DNA from: Planctomycetota bacterium
Lineage (GTDB): Bacteria > Planctomycetota > B15-G4
Length of the DNA: 64,000 nt
Assembly (NCBI GenBank): GCA_965248575.1
Contig: CBDFJQ010000002.1
Span: forward strand, 4,320,001-4,384,000
Reading direction: 5' to 3'
The notes beneath the pieces were generated by a model, which was given only the letters and a program-made list of their open reading frames with translations, had not been told where the DNA came from and did no database searches. Of the stretch, positions 32,901-42,047 are shown in pieces. The translations under genes were made by a program, and so were the position numbers. Within the stretch, counting starts at the first letter, position 1. Every line of letters starts with the position of its first letter.

Positions 32901-33287
32901 GACGTGTTCGATGAGTGCCTCTTCGAACTGCTCAGGGTCGTCGGAGCGGTGCGCCAAGGCCTCCACCGCCATGCACGCCAGCACGAGGTTGGCACCGATG
33001 TAGTACGAGATGCAGTCGGAGGCAGAGAACAGCTCTCCGCGCAGGATGTCCACGCCTTTGCGGAAGTCGTCATGCGCCAGCAGGTCAGCGGGGCTCGCGC
33101 TCTCCTCGTAGCAGTCGCTGCACTTGCCGGCCAGACGCAAGAGCTCTCGTGAGGCACGGCTGCGGGCGGTGCTGCCGTCGGCTTCGGGGGTTGTGCCCTT
33201 GGCGGACGGCTTCTGACGAGAGCGGCGCCTGCGAATCCACAGGGCCACGACAACGCCGCCGACCAGGGTGCCGATGAAGAAGTCCAT
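29922..33287 (-). CDS. Membrane-anchored ClpA/B-like double AAA+ ATPase fused to a C-terminal release-factor (PCRF) module lacking GGQ
   Basis: N-terminal TM followed by RRRR; GEAGIGKS; RVLGQPEAV, LFTGPTGTGKTELAK, RLDMSE, VVLLDEFEKAHP, LFDDGRLTD, PEFVNRID, GARPLKRAVE; then LVEMYRHWAQRRG...GAYRILEPEGGLH...VRRY...VRD...TG...VMGGEFD. Confidence 0.85.
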   Translation of the reverse strand: MDFFIGTLVGGVVVALWIRRRRSRQKPSAKGTTPEADGSTARSRASRELLRLAGKCSDCYEESASPADLLAHDDFRKGVDILRGELFSASDCISYYIGANLVLACMAVEALAHRSDDPEQFEEALIEHVNSVGYWTRDVVLRTLSARGTRPLVGRVFARLDGGWDTRFSIQFLQEFLERQVAHGEQPSFAQHLLSRPQAAADLTEVLRQLQGEAAETLRKEYQDYAAVAVDVSFLDKFGRRLGQADAPESEEVLEYRQLLKTVDDLQRLLQQGTGSVLLVGEAGIGKSASIAVLARRLVKDGWTVFEASASDIMSDQSYIGSLEGRLQTMLKGIGNRPRVLWVVPSFHELMWAGRHRENPVSVLDHLFPHLESGALRIVAETHPVASQEMLLKQPRLRTALQLHSMTPLDEAGARDVVAEWSAHHKLPDGSPGLAPGCEAEAVQLSWQYLGSRAAPGRVLRFLDATRRSLSTDGRPTRSLTTDDLLASLSVLTGIPVSVLDHRARLDLDTLKRFFEKRVLGQPEAVECLVDRVALVKAGLTDPSRPLGVFLFTGPTGTGKTELAKTLAEYLFGSGERMIRLDMSELQAEGSLDRVLGDEQEGGRGGALVDAIRQQPFSVVLLDEFEKAHPKIYSVFLQLFDDGRLTDRRGRAADFRHAIVIMTSNLGGKPSASSGVGFGRTTTAQRVDRALEQAFAPEFVNRIDRVVAFRPLGRAIMRDILEKELSDAMRRRGLRTRSWAVEWEESAIDFLLRKGFTPDLGARPLKRAVERYLLSPLAKTIVHHQYPEGDQFLFVRSNGQQLQVEFVDPDAPIDAEAPAGATTGEGTNRQVEEIVFQPHGTAQELALLRDRTQQLSERVHSDAWREQKEQALDQMKEAGFWEADLRFAVLGRIEYMDRIETGTETATSILERLSRARADENGRVSQKLVGRLAQQVFLVQNACLGLAEGQPADTFIEVTGVSDDGVDPDVSNGFAQQLVEMYRHWAQRRGMSLDVLENSSDDAPHGQVHRTVLGVSGFGAYRILEPEGGLHVQEIPDEGRRQTLRGRARVTVVPQPEQPAADVVMAREQAHTALAACERAQRVVRRYRAQPSPLVRDSVRNFKTGLLERVMGGEFDVLGTR

Positions 33288-33507
33288 GCGTGACGCGCCC
33301 CTGAAACCCGTGTGTTCTCGTGCAATGTTCCGGGCGAGAGCTTAGCGGATCGGGGGGACGACACGGGCCCCGAGGACTCGCCCTGCTGCTGGAGTGGCAT
33401 CTGCGACGCCTGCTGGACCTCCGTCGACGCCCTCGACATGATCAGACGAACGGGCTGGGTGCTCCCTGTCGGACGACCGACCTGCCCCCGGTCCAGAAGG
33501 GAGCCCC

Positions 33508-36006
33508 ATGACAACGACGAGCGACGATCGGTTGCCTTGCTCGCCCGCCAGCACCGGCCGCGTGTCGATCCCCGTGCTCGCGGGGGTCGCGCTCGGACTG
33601 GTCCTACTGGTCCTGCTCCAAGTGCTCATGCAGGATGGCCAGGATCCCGCAGGTGGGGGCGCACACCTCGTGGACCCGGGGTCAGACGCCGCGCGCCTCC
33701 CGATGGCCTTGCCCCAGGGTCCGGAGCCATCCCAGGTGGATGTGATGCCCCTCGCAGCGGCAGGGACCGAAGAGGCTGCGTGGCTTGAGCAGCCCGGCGA
33801 GATGACCCCGCCTGTCGCGACCGGCGGCACACTGCTCGTGCATGTCCGTTGGGGCGACGACGGGCTGCCTGCTGCAGAGGTTGGCGTCACTGTCATGGCA
33901 TGGACCGACACGCGCCGCCGTCCGCGGCAGGCGACGACAGATTTCGACGGCACGGCGCGCATTCACCGGTTGCCCACAGGGAAGGTCACCGCCTACGGGG
34001 ATCGAGGTGGCACGGCGAGTGCGGAAGTCCCTGAGGGTGGGACGGCCAACGTTGAGATCACCTTGCCGTCGGGCCCTTGGGTGCACGGTGTCGTCCTCGA
34101 CCCGAATGGTGTGCCGTTCGCCGGTGCAGACATCTGGCTCAGCGGTTACGGCACGGTGAGTGAGGGGCAGGTCGTTACACGCTCGGACGAGGCGGGCCGC
34201 TGGTCGATCCGTGGCGTCTCCGGTGGACATGTGGTGGGCGCCTTCGCTCCGGACTCCTGGGGCCCGTCGGACGTCGTCCATCTGGGGGAGACGGAGGCGG
34301 ATCGCGTGGACGTCGAGCTGCAGCTGGTACGTGAATCAGGCACGGTGCATGTGACGGTTACGAGTGGGGTGGAGGCCCCGGTTCCGGATGCCGAGGTCGT
34401 GCTGGGCGGGCGCTACGGTTTCGAGCGAGCGCAGACGGAGACCGTGGGCGGGTCCACGGGCGTCGTGCCCCCTTTGCGTGCGCGGAGCGGGGCGGACGGC
34501 GTCGCGTCCTTCCTCGCCGTGCCGCCCGGGAAAAACATGGAGCTGACGGTGCTGGCCGAGGGCTTCTCGCCCCAGACCTCGTCGCTGGTTCTCGACGACG
34601 GTGGGACGAGGGATGTGGCCGTCAGGCTGCTGCGCGCTGCCCGGATCTCAGGGCGCGTCCTGACAGGTGGGGACGAACCGGTGGCGGTGCCCGGCGCGCG
34701 CGTCATGGTGACCCGCGAGTTTCCGGTCGTCCGCTATGGCGACCTGGAGTACAGCGAGACGAGGACCGACGCCGAGGGTCGTTGGATGCTCGCCGGGGTG
34801 CTGCTCGGCCCCGTGACCCTCGGCGCAAGCCACGAGCAGTACGGGCGCGCGGAGCGAGAGCTACGCGTTGCGCCCGGATCCGAGCAGGGAGACCTCGTGC
34901 TGACTCTGTCCCGCGGCCTCGAGGTCACGGGGACGATCACCGACAGTTTCGGCGCGCCCCTGCAGGGCTGGGTCGTGCAGCTGGAGCGGATTGGAGCCTA
35001 TGACGGCTGGCGCGGCGAATCGGTCTCGGACGAGGCGGGCGTCTTCGCGGTGACCAACTGCAACGAAGGCGCGCACCGGCTCGTGCTCATGGAGCCGGAG
35101 TTCCGCAGCACGGTGCCGGTCCTGGTCGTCGACGATGTGCACCCCGACCGGGAGCCTCTCAGCTTGGTGGTGCCGGAGGGCTCCATCGCTTCGGCAAAGA
35201 TCCGCTTCTCGCTCGTGGATCGCTACGGCGCGCCGATCAGTGGGGCCGTCTCGCAGTTTTGGTCCGAGCGGGCGCCCGCAAGCGTGGTGGCGGGCGAAGC
35301 GCCGGGGAGTTATCGCAGCCGGCTCCTGCCGCCGGGGACCTGGACGCTCCGGGTGTGGCCCGGCGAGCGGCCCGGTCTGGTGCGAGAGGGTCTCGTGCTG
35401 ACGTCGAAGCAGGTCCTCGACCTGGGTTCCTTGGAACTCGGCGACGGCGGACGCGTGCACGTCGTGGACTCGCGACCGCCGGATCTGGCGGACATCGAAA
35501 CCTGGGCGGTGATTGGAGATGAGCACGGTTCGTGGGTCGGCAACCTGCATCAGGTGGAGGACGGTTGGCTTTCGGACGCCCTGGATCCGGGGCGCTACTT
35601 CGCCTCGATCGACGGTAAGGGAATCGCGACGGCCCGACGCTCCGTGGACGTCCTCGAGGGGACTACGGTCGAACTGCACATCGATCTCGAGCCAGGCATG
35701 TTCCACGGAATCCAGGTCTCGGGTCTCGACGAGAGTCCCGCGGTCGCAGCCGTGAGGGCGCAGTTTCTCGGCCAGCGCGCACTGCGCCTCGAGGTGGACG
35801 ACTCAGCAGGCCAGCCCGTTGTGCGGCGCATGGAACCCATCGACGGCCGCGCCGAAGCTGGACGACCGCTGCAGTTCGTGCTTCAGGCTCGGCCGGGAGA
35901 CTACCGAGTCCGACTGCTCGCGGACGATGTCGTGGTGGCGGAGGGCGACGCGACATTGCTGGAAGGCGAGCTGCACAGCATCACGTCACTTCAGGCGCTG
36001 CGCTGA
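33508..36006 (+). CDS. Carboxypeptidase-regulatory-like (prealbumin-fold) repeat protein, membrane-anchored
   Basis: Repeats of the type GxVxDxxGxPxxGAxV...TDxxGxF/W; N-terminal TM; GGAG RBS. Confidence 0.85.
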   Translation: MTTTSDDRLPCSPASTGRVSIPVLAGVALGLVLLVLLQVLMQDGQDPAGGGAHLVDPGSDAARLPMALPQGPEPSQVDVMPLAAAGTEEAAWLEQPGEMTPPVATGGTLLVHVRWGDDGLPAAEVGVTVMAWTDTRRRPRQATTDFDGTARIHRLPTGKVTAYGDRGGTASAEVPEGGTANVEITLPSGPWVHGVVLDPNGVPFAGADIWLSGYGTVSEGQVVTRSDEAGRWSIRGVSGGHVVGAFAPDSWGPSDVVHLGETEADRVDVELQLVRESGTVHVTVTSGVEAPVPDAEVVLGGRYGFERAQTETVGGSTGVVPPLRARSGADGVASFLAVPPGKNMELTVLAEGFSPQTSSLVLDDGGTRDVAVRLLRAARISGRVLTGGDEPVAVPGARVMVTREFPVVRYGDLEYSETRTDAEGRWMLAGVLLGPVTLGASHEQYGRAERELRVAPGSEQGDLVLTLSRGLEVTGTITDSFGAPLQGWVVQLERIGAYDGWRGESVSDEAGVFAVTNCNEGAHRLVLMEPEFRSTVPVLVVDDVHPDREPLSLVVPEGSIASAKIRFSLVDRYGAPISGAVSQFWSERAPASVVAGEAPGSYRSRLLPPGTWTLRVWPGERPGLVREGLVLTSKQVLDLGSLELGDGGRVHVVDSRPPDLADIETWAVIGDEHGSWVGNLHQVEDGWLSDALDPGRYFASIDGKGIATARRSVDVLEGTTVELHIDLEPGMFHGIQVSGLDESPAVAAVRAQFLGQRALRLEVDDSAGQPVVRRMEPIDGRAEAGRPLQFVLQARPGDYRVRLLADDVVVAEGDATLLEGELHSITSLQALR

Positions 36007-36066
36007 ACGGGGGTGTCTGCCAGCCCCAGAACGCCCGACCTCAACGTCTGACCTGTAATCCTGCGC

Positions 36067-36570
36067 CTACTCCGGCGGCGCGTCGTGCGCCTCCCAGGTC
36101 GCCAGATCAAACGGCCGGCAACGCTCCCCCGGCGGAAAGCCCCGGAACTGCGTCTTGCAGCGGTAGCAGATCAGGAAGCGCTTCACGATGGCCGCCATGA
36201 GCAGCCAGTCGAGCAAGGCCAGGATCACCAGGGCGATGAGCAAGTACGGGATGCTCAAACCGCTGAAGAACAGCGCGGCGAAGATGACCACCACCAGGAT
36301 CACGCCCAGCTTCTGGTTCACGTCCTTTTGGATGCACAGCGTGTGGTACTCGCACACCGGGCAGCCGTCGAGCTCGCCCTGCTCGTTCACATGCTTCGGC
36401 AGGTCGACGGGCTTGGGAACACCACAGCTGCCGCAGGTGGCGCTGTTGGGCAGGGCCGTCCCGCGCGGGCCGATGCGGCGCTCGGTCCAGTGCCCGCACG
36501 AGCCGCACTCCACCACGAACGACAGCTCGCGGTGATCGCGGGCCGGGATCTTGGTGACCTCGTCGGTCAT
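36067..36570 (-). CDS. Zinc-ribbon membrane protein
   Basis: CGSC, CGSC, CPVC and CYRC flanking two TMs. Confidence 0.75.
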   Translation of the reverse strand: MTDEVTKIPARDHRELSFVVECGSCGHWTERRIGPRGTALPNSATCGSCGVPKPVDLPKHVNEQGELDGCPVCEYHTLCIQKDVNQKLGVILVVVIFAALFFSGLSIPYLLIALVILALLDWLLMAAIVKRFLICYRCKTQFRGFPPGERCRPFDLATWEAHDAPPE

Positions 36571-36601
36571 GATGCGCGCGCTCGGGGCTTGTATGCGCGA
36601 C

Positions 36602-37438
36602 TCACAGCGGCACGCCCGTGGAGCCCTCGACCATCTTGCCGATCAGGTCGCCCAGATAAACCAGGACGCACATGGCGTAGAGAATGCCGGTCGCAGGCTG
36701 CGTCTTCTCCATGCGCACCGTGATCTTGGTCATGAGGGCCATGACGGCGGGCACGATCAGGCCCACGGGGATGCGCGCCCAGACGTTGGCCACGTCGATC
36801 ACCCGTTGCGGCTCGCGCATCATGATGTCGTCGAGGCTGCGGTTGCCGGGGCCCAGGAAGCTGTCCCACATGAGCCACAGGGCTAGGGCCGAGACGATGG
36901 TCTTGGCCAGGAAGATCCACGGCAGGGGCGTCACCAGCTTGCCCAGGTGCTTGATGTCGAGGTCCTGTGAGACCAGGTACCAGTGGCCGAGGATCATGCC
37001 CCAGGTGCTGAAGCCTAGGGTCAGGGCCGAGCCGTAGGCGCCGGCCAGCACGAGGGTCTGTTCGGTGGTGGTGACGTCGGGGCCGAGGCGGCTCCAGGAG
37101 GCTGCGCCCACGACGACGCCCGCGGCCAGGGTGCTGAGCACGAGCACAGTGCGCTCGATTCCGGGCTTGTCCCAACCGGAGACGGAGCTGAAGGCGAGCA
37201 TGCCCAGGGTGGCGGCCAGCAGCGACCAGGCGGTGAGCTGCTCCGGGCCGCTGGCGGTCTCGCGCCACATGGCGTCGCCGCAGAGGGTCAGCGCCAGACC
37301 GTAGAGCGCCACCATGATCCAGCCGCTGAGCTTGAAGTACTTGGGCCCCAGGGCTTCCCGATCGTTGATCAGGAAGGTGAGCATGGAGCCGAAGCCCATC
37401 TGGACCAGGAAGAGGAGTGAGACCTCCGAGGCGGACAT
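36602..37438 (-). CDS. Polytopic membrane protein with MILGHWYL motif
   Basis: About 8 TMs; GMILGHWYLV and TQPATGILY motifs. Confidence 0.75.
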   Translation of the reverse strand: MSASEVSLLFLVQMGFGSMLTFLINDREALGPKYFKLSGWIMVALYGLALTLCGDAMWRETASGPEQLTAWSLLAATLGMLAFSSVSGWDKPGIERTVLVLSTLAAGVVVGAASWSRLGPDVTTTEQTLVLAGAYGSALTLGFSTWGMILGHWYLVSQDLDIKHLGKLVTPLPWIFLAKTIVSALALWLMWDSFLGPGNRSLDDIMMREPQRVIDVANVWARIPVGLIVPAVMALMTKITVRMEKTQPATGILYAMCVLVYLGDLIGKMVEGSTGVPL

Positions 37439-37659
37439 GCCGGCGGGTTCCAGGGGGGCGACGGGCGAGGGCGACGGGCGAGAGCGAGAGGCGGCAAGCG
37501 GGCTGACGACAGTCAGACCGTTGCATGGGGAGCGGCCAAGAGGGGAGGCTACCTCGGACGTCGCGCCGCGATCCACCGCGACGTGCTGCGCCCTTGCCCG
37601 CCCCCGTCTTTCCCGCCCCGCCTTTCCCGCCCCCCCCTTTGCCAGCCGGAGACAGCACC

Positions 37660-39393
37660 TTGGAACTCGAGCAGATCGTGCACGCCCTGGGGCGCATGGC
37701 CGTGGTGCTGGAGCTGAAGGGCGCCAACCCCTTCAAGACCCGGGCGTTCTCCGGGGCCGCGCGCACCCTCAAGCGGCTGGACGGCGCCCTGGAACTCATC
37801 GACGCCGGCAAGGTGGACACGGTCAAGGGCATCGGCAAGGGCCTGGCGGCCGACATCGCCGGCATGCGCAGCAGCGGCAGCTTCGAGGCGCTGGACGAAC
37901 TGGCGGCGGACATCCCCGACGGCGTCTTCGACATCCTCGACCTGCCGGGCCTCGGCCCCAAGAAGGTGAAGACCATTTGGGAGGACCTGGGGGCAACCAA
38001 CCTCGGCGAGCTGGAGTACGCCTGCCTCGAGAACCGGCTCGTGGACCTCAAGGGCTTCGGCGCCACCACGCAAGAGAAGGTGTTGGCGGCCATCGACTTC
38101 GCACACCGCAACCGCGGCCTGCACTTGATGAACGTGACCTGGGGTGTGGCCGACGAGATGCTCGACGTCCTGGGCGGGCTGGCAAAGGTGGAGGCCGTGG
38201 CCGCCGTGGGCGGTGTGCGTCGCGCGAAGTTGGTGACCCGCGATGTGGACCTGCTCGTGGCGTATCCCAAACCCGAAGCCCTGGGCGCCGCGCTGAAGAA
38301 GATCAAGGGACTCGACGAGCTGACGTCGGAGCCGGCGGAGTTCCGACCTCACCGCTGGTTGGGCAAGGTGGGTGGGGTGCCGGTGGAGGTGTTGGCTTGC
38401 ACGCCGGACAGCTGGGGTTGGTCGCTCGCGGCGAGCACGGGTTCGGTGGAGCATGTCGCGGCGCTGGACGCCCGGCGTGGTGCCGGCAAGGAATCGGACG
38501 CGTTGAACAAGGCGGCGGCCCTGTCGGCTCCCGGCACGCGCCTCGGCCCGGGCAACACATCGATGCCCGCCGAAGAAGCGGCCGTCTACGAGGCGCTGGG
38601 CCTGGCGTGGCAGCCACCGGAGTTGCGGGAGTCGGGCGAGTTGCGTGAGGCCTCCGACGGCCCCGCTCCCGAGCTGGTCACCCGCGAAGACATCCGCGGT
38701 GTGTGGCACAACCACACCGATTGGAGCGACGGCAGCGAGAGCCTCGAGACCATGGCCGCCGCTGCCGCCGAGCGCGGGCTGACCTTCCTGGGCATCTCCG
38801 ACCACAGCGGCTACGCGGTCTACGCCAACGGCCTCGACGCCAAACGCCTGAAAGAACAGGGCCAGGCGATCCAGGCGTTCAACGAATCAGCGGCCGGAAG
38901 CGGCGACGGCAGTTGTCGCCTGCTGCGCGGCCTCGAAGCCGACATCCTGCCGGACGGCAGCGTCGACCTGACAGGCAAGGGCATCGAGGAGCTCGACTTC
39001 TGCGTCGCCTCCGTGCACAGCGTCTTCGGAATGAGTGAGGAGGACATGACCGAGCGCGTCTTGTCCGCCATTCGTGAACCCGCCGTCACCATGCTGGGCC
39101 ATGCGACTGGGCGCCTGCTGCTCTCCCGCAAGGGCTTCGCCTTGGACATGGAGGCGGTGCTCGACGCTTGCGCGGAGTGCGAGGTGGTGCCGGAGCTGAA
39201 CGCCAACCCCTATCGTCTCGATCTGGACACCGACGCCCTGCGCGGCGCCAAGGCTCGCGGGCTGAAGGTGGCCATCAACCCGGACGCCCACCACCCCGGT
39301 GGGCTGGACGACCTGCGCTACGGCGTGGCAGCGGCGCGGCGTGCGGGGCTCACGGCGGATGATGTGTTGAACTGCGAGGCGCTCAAGAGCTGA
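37660..39393 (+). CDS. polX: Family X DNA polymerase with PHP exonuclease domain
   Basis: GANPFKTRAF, VKGIGKG, LPGLGPKK, RDVDLL, PPELRE, HNHTDWSDG, ISDHS, LGHATGR, PDAHH. TTG start after GGAGA. Confidence 0.93.
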   Translation: MELEQIVHALGRMAVVLELKGANPFKTRAFSGAARTLKRLDGALELIDAGKVDTVKGIGKGLAADIAGMRSSGSFEALDELAADIPDGVFDILDLPGLGPKKVKTIWEDLGATNLGELEYACLENRLVDLKGFGATTQEKVLAAIDFAHRNRGLHLMNVTWGVADEMLDVLGGLAKVEAVAAVGGVRRAKLVTRDVDLLVAYPKPEALGAALKKIKGLDELTSEPAEFRPHRWLGKVGGVPVEVLACTPDSWGWSLAASTGSVEHVAALDARRGAGKESDALNKAAALSAPGTRLGPGNTSMPAEEAAVYEALGLAWQPPELRESGELREASDGPAPELVTREDIRGVWHNHTDWSDGSESLETMAAAAAERGLTFLGISDHSGYAVYANGLDAKRLKEQGQAIQAFNESAAGSGDGSCRLLRGLEADILPDGSVDLTGKGIEELDFCVASVHSVFGMSEEDMTERVLSAIREPAVTMLGHATGRLLLSRKGFALDMEAVLDACAECEVVPELNANPYRLDLDTDALRGAKARGLKVAINPDAHHPGGLDDLRYGVAAARRAGLTADDVLNCEALKS

Positions 39394-39411
39394 CTGCCCT
39401 TCGCCCCGACC

Positions 39412-39582
39412 CTACTTGTCGAAGATGTTGCGGTCCTTCGGGATGTGCTTCTCTTCGATCTCCTCGATGTGGAAATCGGGGGCGCCGGGCTTGTCCGCAT
39501 CACCCTTCTTGGTGGGCGGCTTGACGGGCGGGCTCACTGGGAAAGCTGCGTCGGTCTTCTTCTCGTTCTTCTTGCCGGTCAT
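39412..39582 (-). CDS. 56-aa peptide, candidate RiPP precursor
   Basis: MTGKKNEKKTDAAFPVSPPVKPPTKKGDADKPGAPDFHIEEIEEKHIPKDRNIFDK; strongly G/C-ending codons; 59 bp downstream of a B12 radical SAM gene on the same strand. Confidence 0.7.
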   Translation of the reverse strand: MTGKKNEKKTDAAFPVSPPVKPPTKKGDADKPGAPDFHIEEIEEKHIPKDRNIFDK

Positions 39583-39641
39583 GGCGGGTCTCGTGGTCGT
39601 GAGGTGTTGTCGGTTTCTGCTTGGCGGTTGAGTGGTCGAGT

Positions 39642-42047
39642 CTAGGCGTCGGCGGAGACCAGCAGGCCCATGTCCACGGCCTTGGCCAGGAAGCTGGCGG
39701 CGCCGTCTCGATGGTCGTCGCCGTAGAGGCCCAGGGCCACCTCGGTTCCTTGCTCCACAGCGTTGTCGATCAGGCGCGCTGCGTCCACGCCCAGTTCCAG
39801 CACCCGGTGGTCGTCGCCCAGATAGGCCACGGCAGAGGGTTTGGCGGGTAGGGCTTCGGCCTCGGCGCTGGCGCGGCTCTCGCTGCGGGCGACGCCCCCG
39901 AGCGGGGTGGGGTCGCTCCAGACCCGGTCCAGACGGCCGCTCACCTCGCTGTAGCTGTAGGGCAGTTGCACGATGCCGGCGTCGTTGCGCAAGGCGACGC
40001 GCTGGGGCAGGTCCTTGGTGCTCTGGAGCGGCGGCGCGCGGTTGGGGCGGCGGGCTGCGTGCTGCTCGACTCGGAAGACGTCGACCCCGTCCTTGCACAG
40101 GTAGAGGAAGATGTGGCTCTTGTAGCGGTAGTACAGGAAGTTGTCGCCGCGTAGGGCTGCCAGGGCGTCGGTGGCCGCACCCAGGATACTGTTGAAGGCC
40201 TCCTTCACCTCCGTGCGCGACATGCCGAACTCGGACTCGTGTTCGAGATAGCGCGCGAGATCGTTGACGGGTTTCTGGCCCGGCTTCAGGTCCCGGGGGT
40301 CGTCGATCACCTTCGAGATACCGTAGCGCCCTGGGTCGCGGTACATGGGCGACACCATGTCGAGATTGAAGATCTGCAGGCTGATCTCACCGACGTAGTC
40401 CTTGTTGCGCACGATGAACGCGCGTGTGGCGTCGGCCTCGGCGCGGCTCTCGGTGGGCAGGCCCACCATGGTGTAGAGGGTGGCGGAGATGCCCGCCTCG
40501 TGGGTCTTGCGGATGACGCGTTCGGCCTCTTCCAGGTCGACGCCTTTCTCCACGAGATCCAATAGGCGTTGGCTGCCTGCCTCGAAGCCGTACATGAGCT
40601 TGCGGCAGCCAGCGTCGTGCAAGCGTTTGAGCGAATGCTCGTCGAAGATGCGTTCTTCCATGCGCGCGTCGCACCACCAGCGAATGTCGAGTCCCGCCTT
40701 CTCGAAGGCATCCGGGATGCGCTTGGCCATGAGCGGCGGCAGGTCATCCATGATGAAGTAGAAGAACTTCGTGTCGTGGCGTTCGACCAGGGTCTGCAGG
40801 TCTTCCACCAAGCGCTCGACGCTGCGCTCCCGGAAGGTAGGGCCGATGGCGGTGTAGAGGGTGCAGAAGCCGCACTTCTCGAAGTAGCAACCCCGGGCCG
40901 GCGCGATGGGCAGCACCAGCTCACCGGAGTAGTACATGTGCAGCGGCAGGTCGCTGAAGTCCGGGGTGGGCAGCTCGTCGATGGGCATGGGCGTCAGTTC
41001 GCCGTTGGTGTACACCGTCGTGCCGTCGCTGTAGACGAGGTTGGAGATGCCCGCGAGATCGGGTGTGCCGCGGGCTGTGCCTACGGCGCGCTTCGCCGAG
41101 GTGCTGTCGGCGCCGGTGCTTGCTGCAGAGTCGGCTGCCGCCGAACCGTGGGCCGTGACGCCGTCAGGGGGCGCTGCGTCAGGATCTCCCGCGCGCACCA
41201 CACCGCCCGCCGCCGCCACCGCGCGGCACGTCTCGAGGATCGGGCGCTCTCCTTCATAGATGGCGAGGCTGTCGATGCGACCGAAGAGCGGCCCGGCATG
41301 GCTCAGCCGGTTGCCGACGTAGGCCAGCATGCCGCCGCCCAAGGTGATGTGGATGCCGGGCCAGCGCTCCTTGACCATGCTCGCCAACGTCAGCGCCGGC
41401 ACCATCTGACTGCCGTAGGTGACGGAGATGCCCAGCACGTCGGGCATCTCGCGCTCGATGCGAGGCAGGGCGTGCTGTTCGAAGAACTCCCGGAACATGT
41501 TCTCGGTGGGGTGGTCGATGCCCGCGAAGAGATCCTCGGTGCTGTCGATGGAGGTGCTCTGGGTGTAGTTGTGTGCCGTGAACAACGAGGGTTGGTACTC
41601 GGTGCTGATGTGCTTGAGCCCCGCCTCGAAGGTGCGCATGGCCCAGAGGTATTTGGGTCGGTCGTAGAAGCTGTCCTTGTCCCGCAGCATGTCCTTGGCG
41701 CGGTCGATGTTCGCAGCGAGGTAGGGGCCGGCGGCCAGCGCATCGGCATCCATGCGGAAGCGATCGAAGTGGTCGGGCTTGAGCTCCACACCCCCGGCGT
41801 CCTGCCACTGTTGGGCACGCTCGCGGATGCGCTCCGTCGCCAGGCTGAGGCGTTCCTTGGACAGCAGCATCTCGTAGGCGTCGAGGTTGAGGTCCCAGAC
41901 CGTCGCGCCGGGGAAACCCTCTTGTGCCAGAAACGCCTTGAGCGACGGGAGCGCGAGATAGGGCTGCGTCGGGTGCCCCTGGGGCGGGAAGATGAGCAGC
42001 GCGCGCAGGTCCTCGGGGGCGCGGGTACCGGTGCTGGGGCTGGTCAT
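39642..42047 (-). CDS. B12-binding radical SAM enzyme with C-terminal RRE-like extension
   Basis: LIFPP...PYLALPSLKAFL, GISVT, HITLGG, YEGE, RGCYFEKCGFC (CX4CX2C), YGFEAGSQRLL, MVGLPTE; tail AASFLAKAVDMGLL. Confidence 0.9.
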   Translation of the reverse strand: MTSPSTGTRAPEDLRALLIFPPQGHPTQPYLALPSLKAFLAQEGFPGATVWDLNLDAYEMLLSKERLSLATERIRERAQQWQDAGGVELKPDHFDRFRMDADALAAGPYLAANIDRAKDMLRDKDSFYDRPKYLWAMRTFEAGLKHISTEYQPSLFTAHNYTQSTSIDSTEDLFAGIDHPTENMFREFFEQHALPRIEREMPDVLGISVTYGSQMVPALTLASMVKERWPGIHITLGGGMLAYVGNRLSHAGPLFGRIDSLAIYEGERPILETCRAVAAAGGVVRAGDPDAAPPDGVTAHGSAAADSAASTGADSTSAKRAVGTARGTPDLAGISNLVYSDGTTVYTNGELTPMPIDELPTPDFSDLPLHMYYSGELVLPIAPARGCYFEKCGFCTLYTAIGPTFRERSVERLVEDLQTLVERHDTKFFYFIMDDLPPLMAKRIPDAFEKAGLDIRWWCDARMEERIFDEHSLKRLHDAGCRKLMYGFEAGSQRLLDLVEKGVDLEEAERVIRKTHEAGISATLYTMVGLPTESRAEADATRAFIVRNKDYVGEISLQIFNLDMVSPMYRDPGRYGISKVIDDPRDLKPGQKPVNDLARYLEHESEFGMSRTEVKEAFNSILGAATDALAALRGDNFLYYRYKSHIFLYLCKDGVDVFRVEQHAARRPNRAPPLQSTKDLPQRVALRNDAGIVQLPYSYSEVSGRLDRVWSDPTPLGGVARSESRASAEAEALPAKPSAVAYLGDDHRVLELGVDAARLIDNAVEQGTEVALGLYGDDHRDGAASFLAKAVDMGLLVSADA

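Noticed and set aside
37590..37645. C-rich imperfect repeats (CCCGCCCC..CTTT) upstream of polX as a G-quadruplex or regulatory element
   Set aside because: Short and imperfect; plausible by chance at this GC content.
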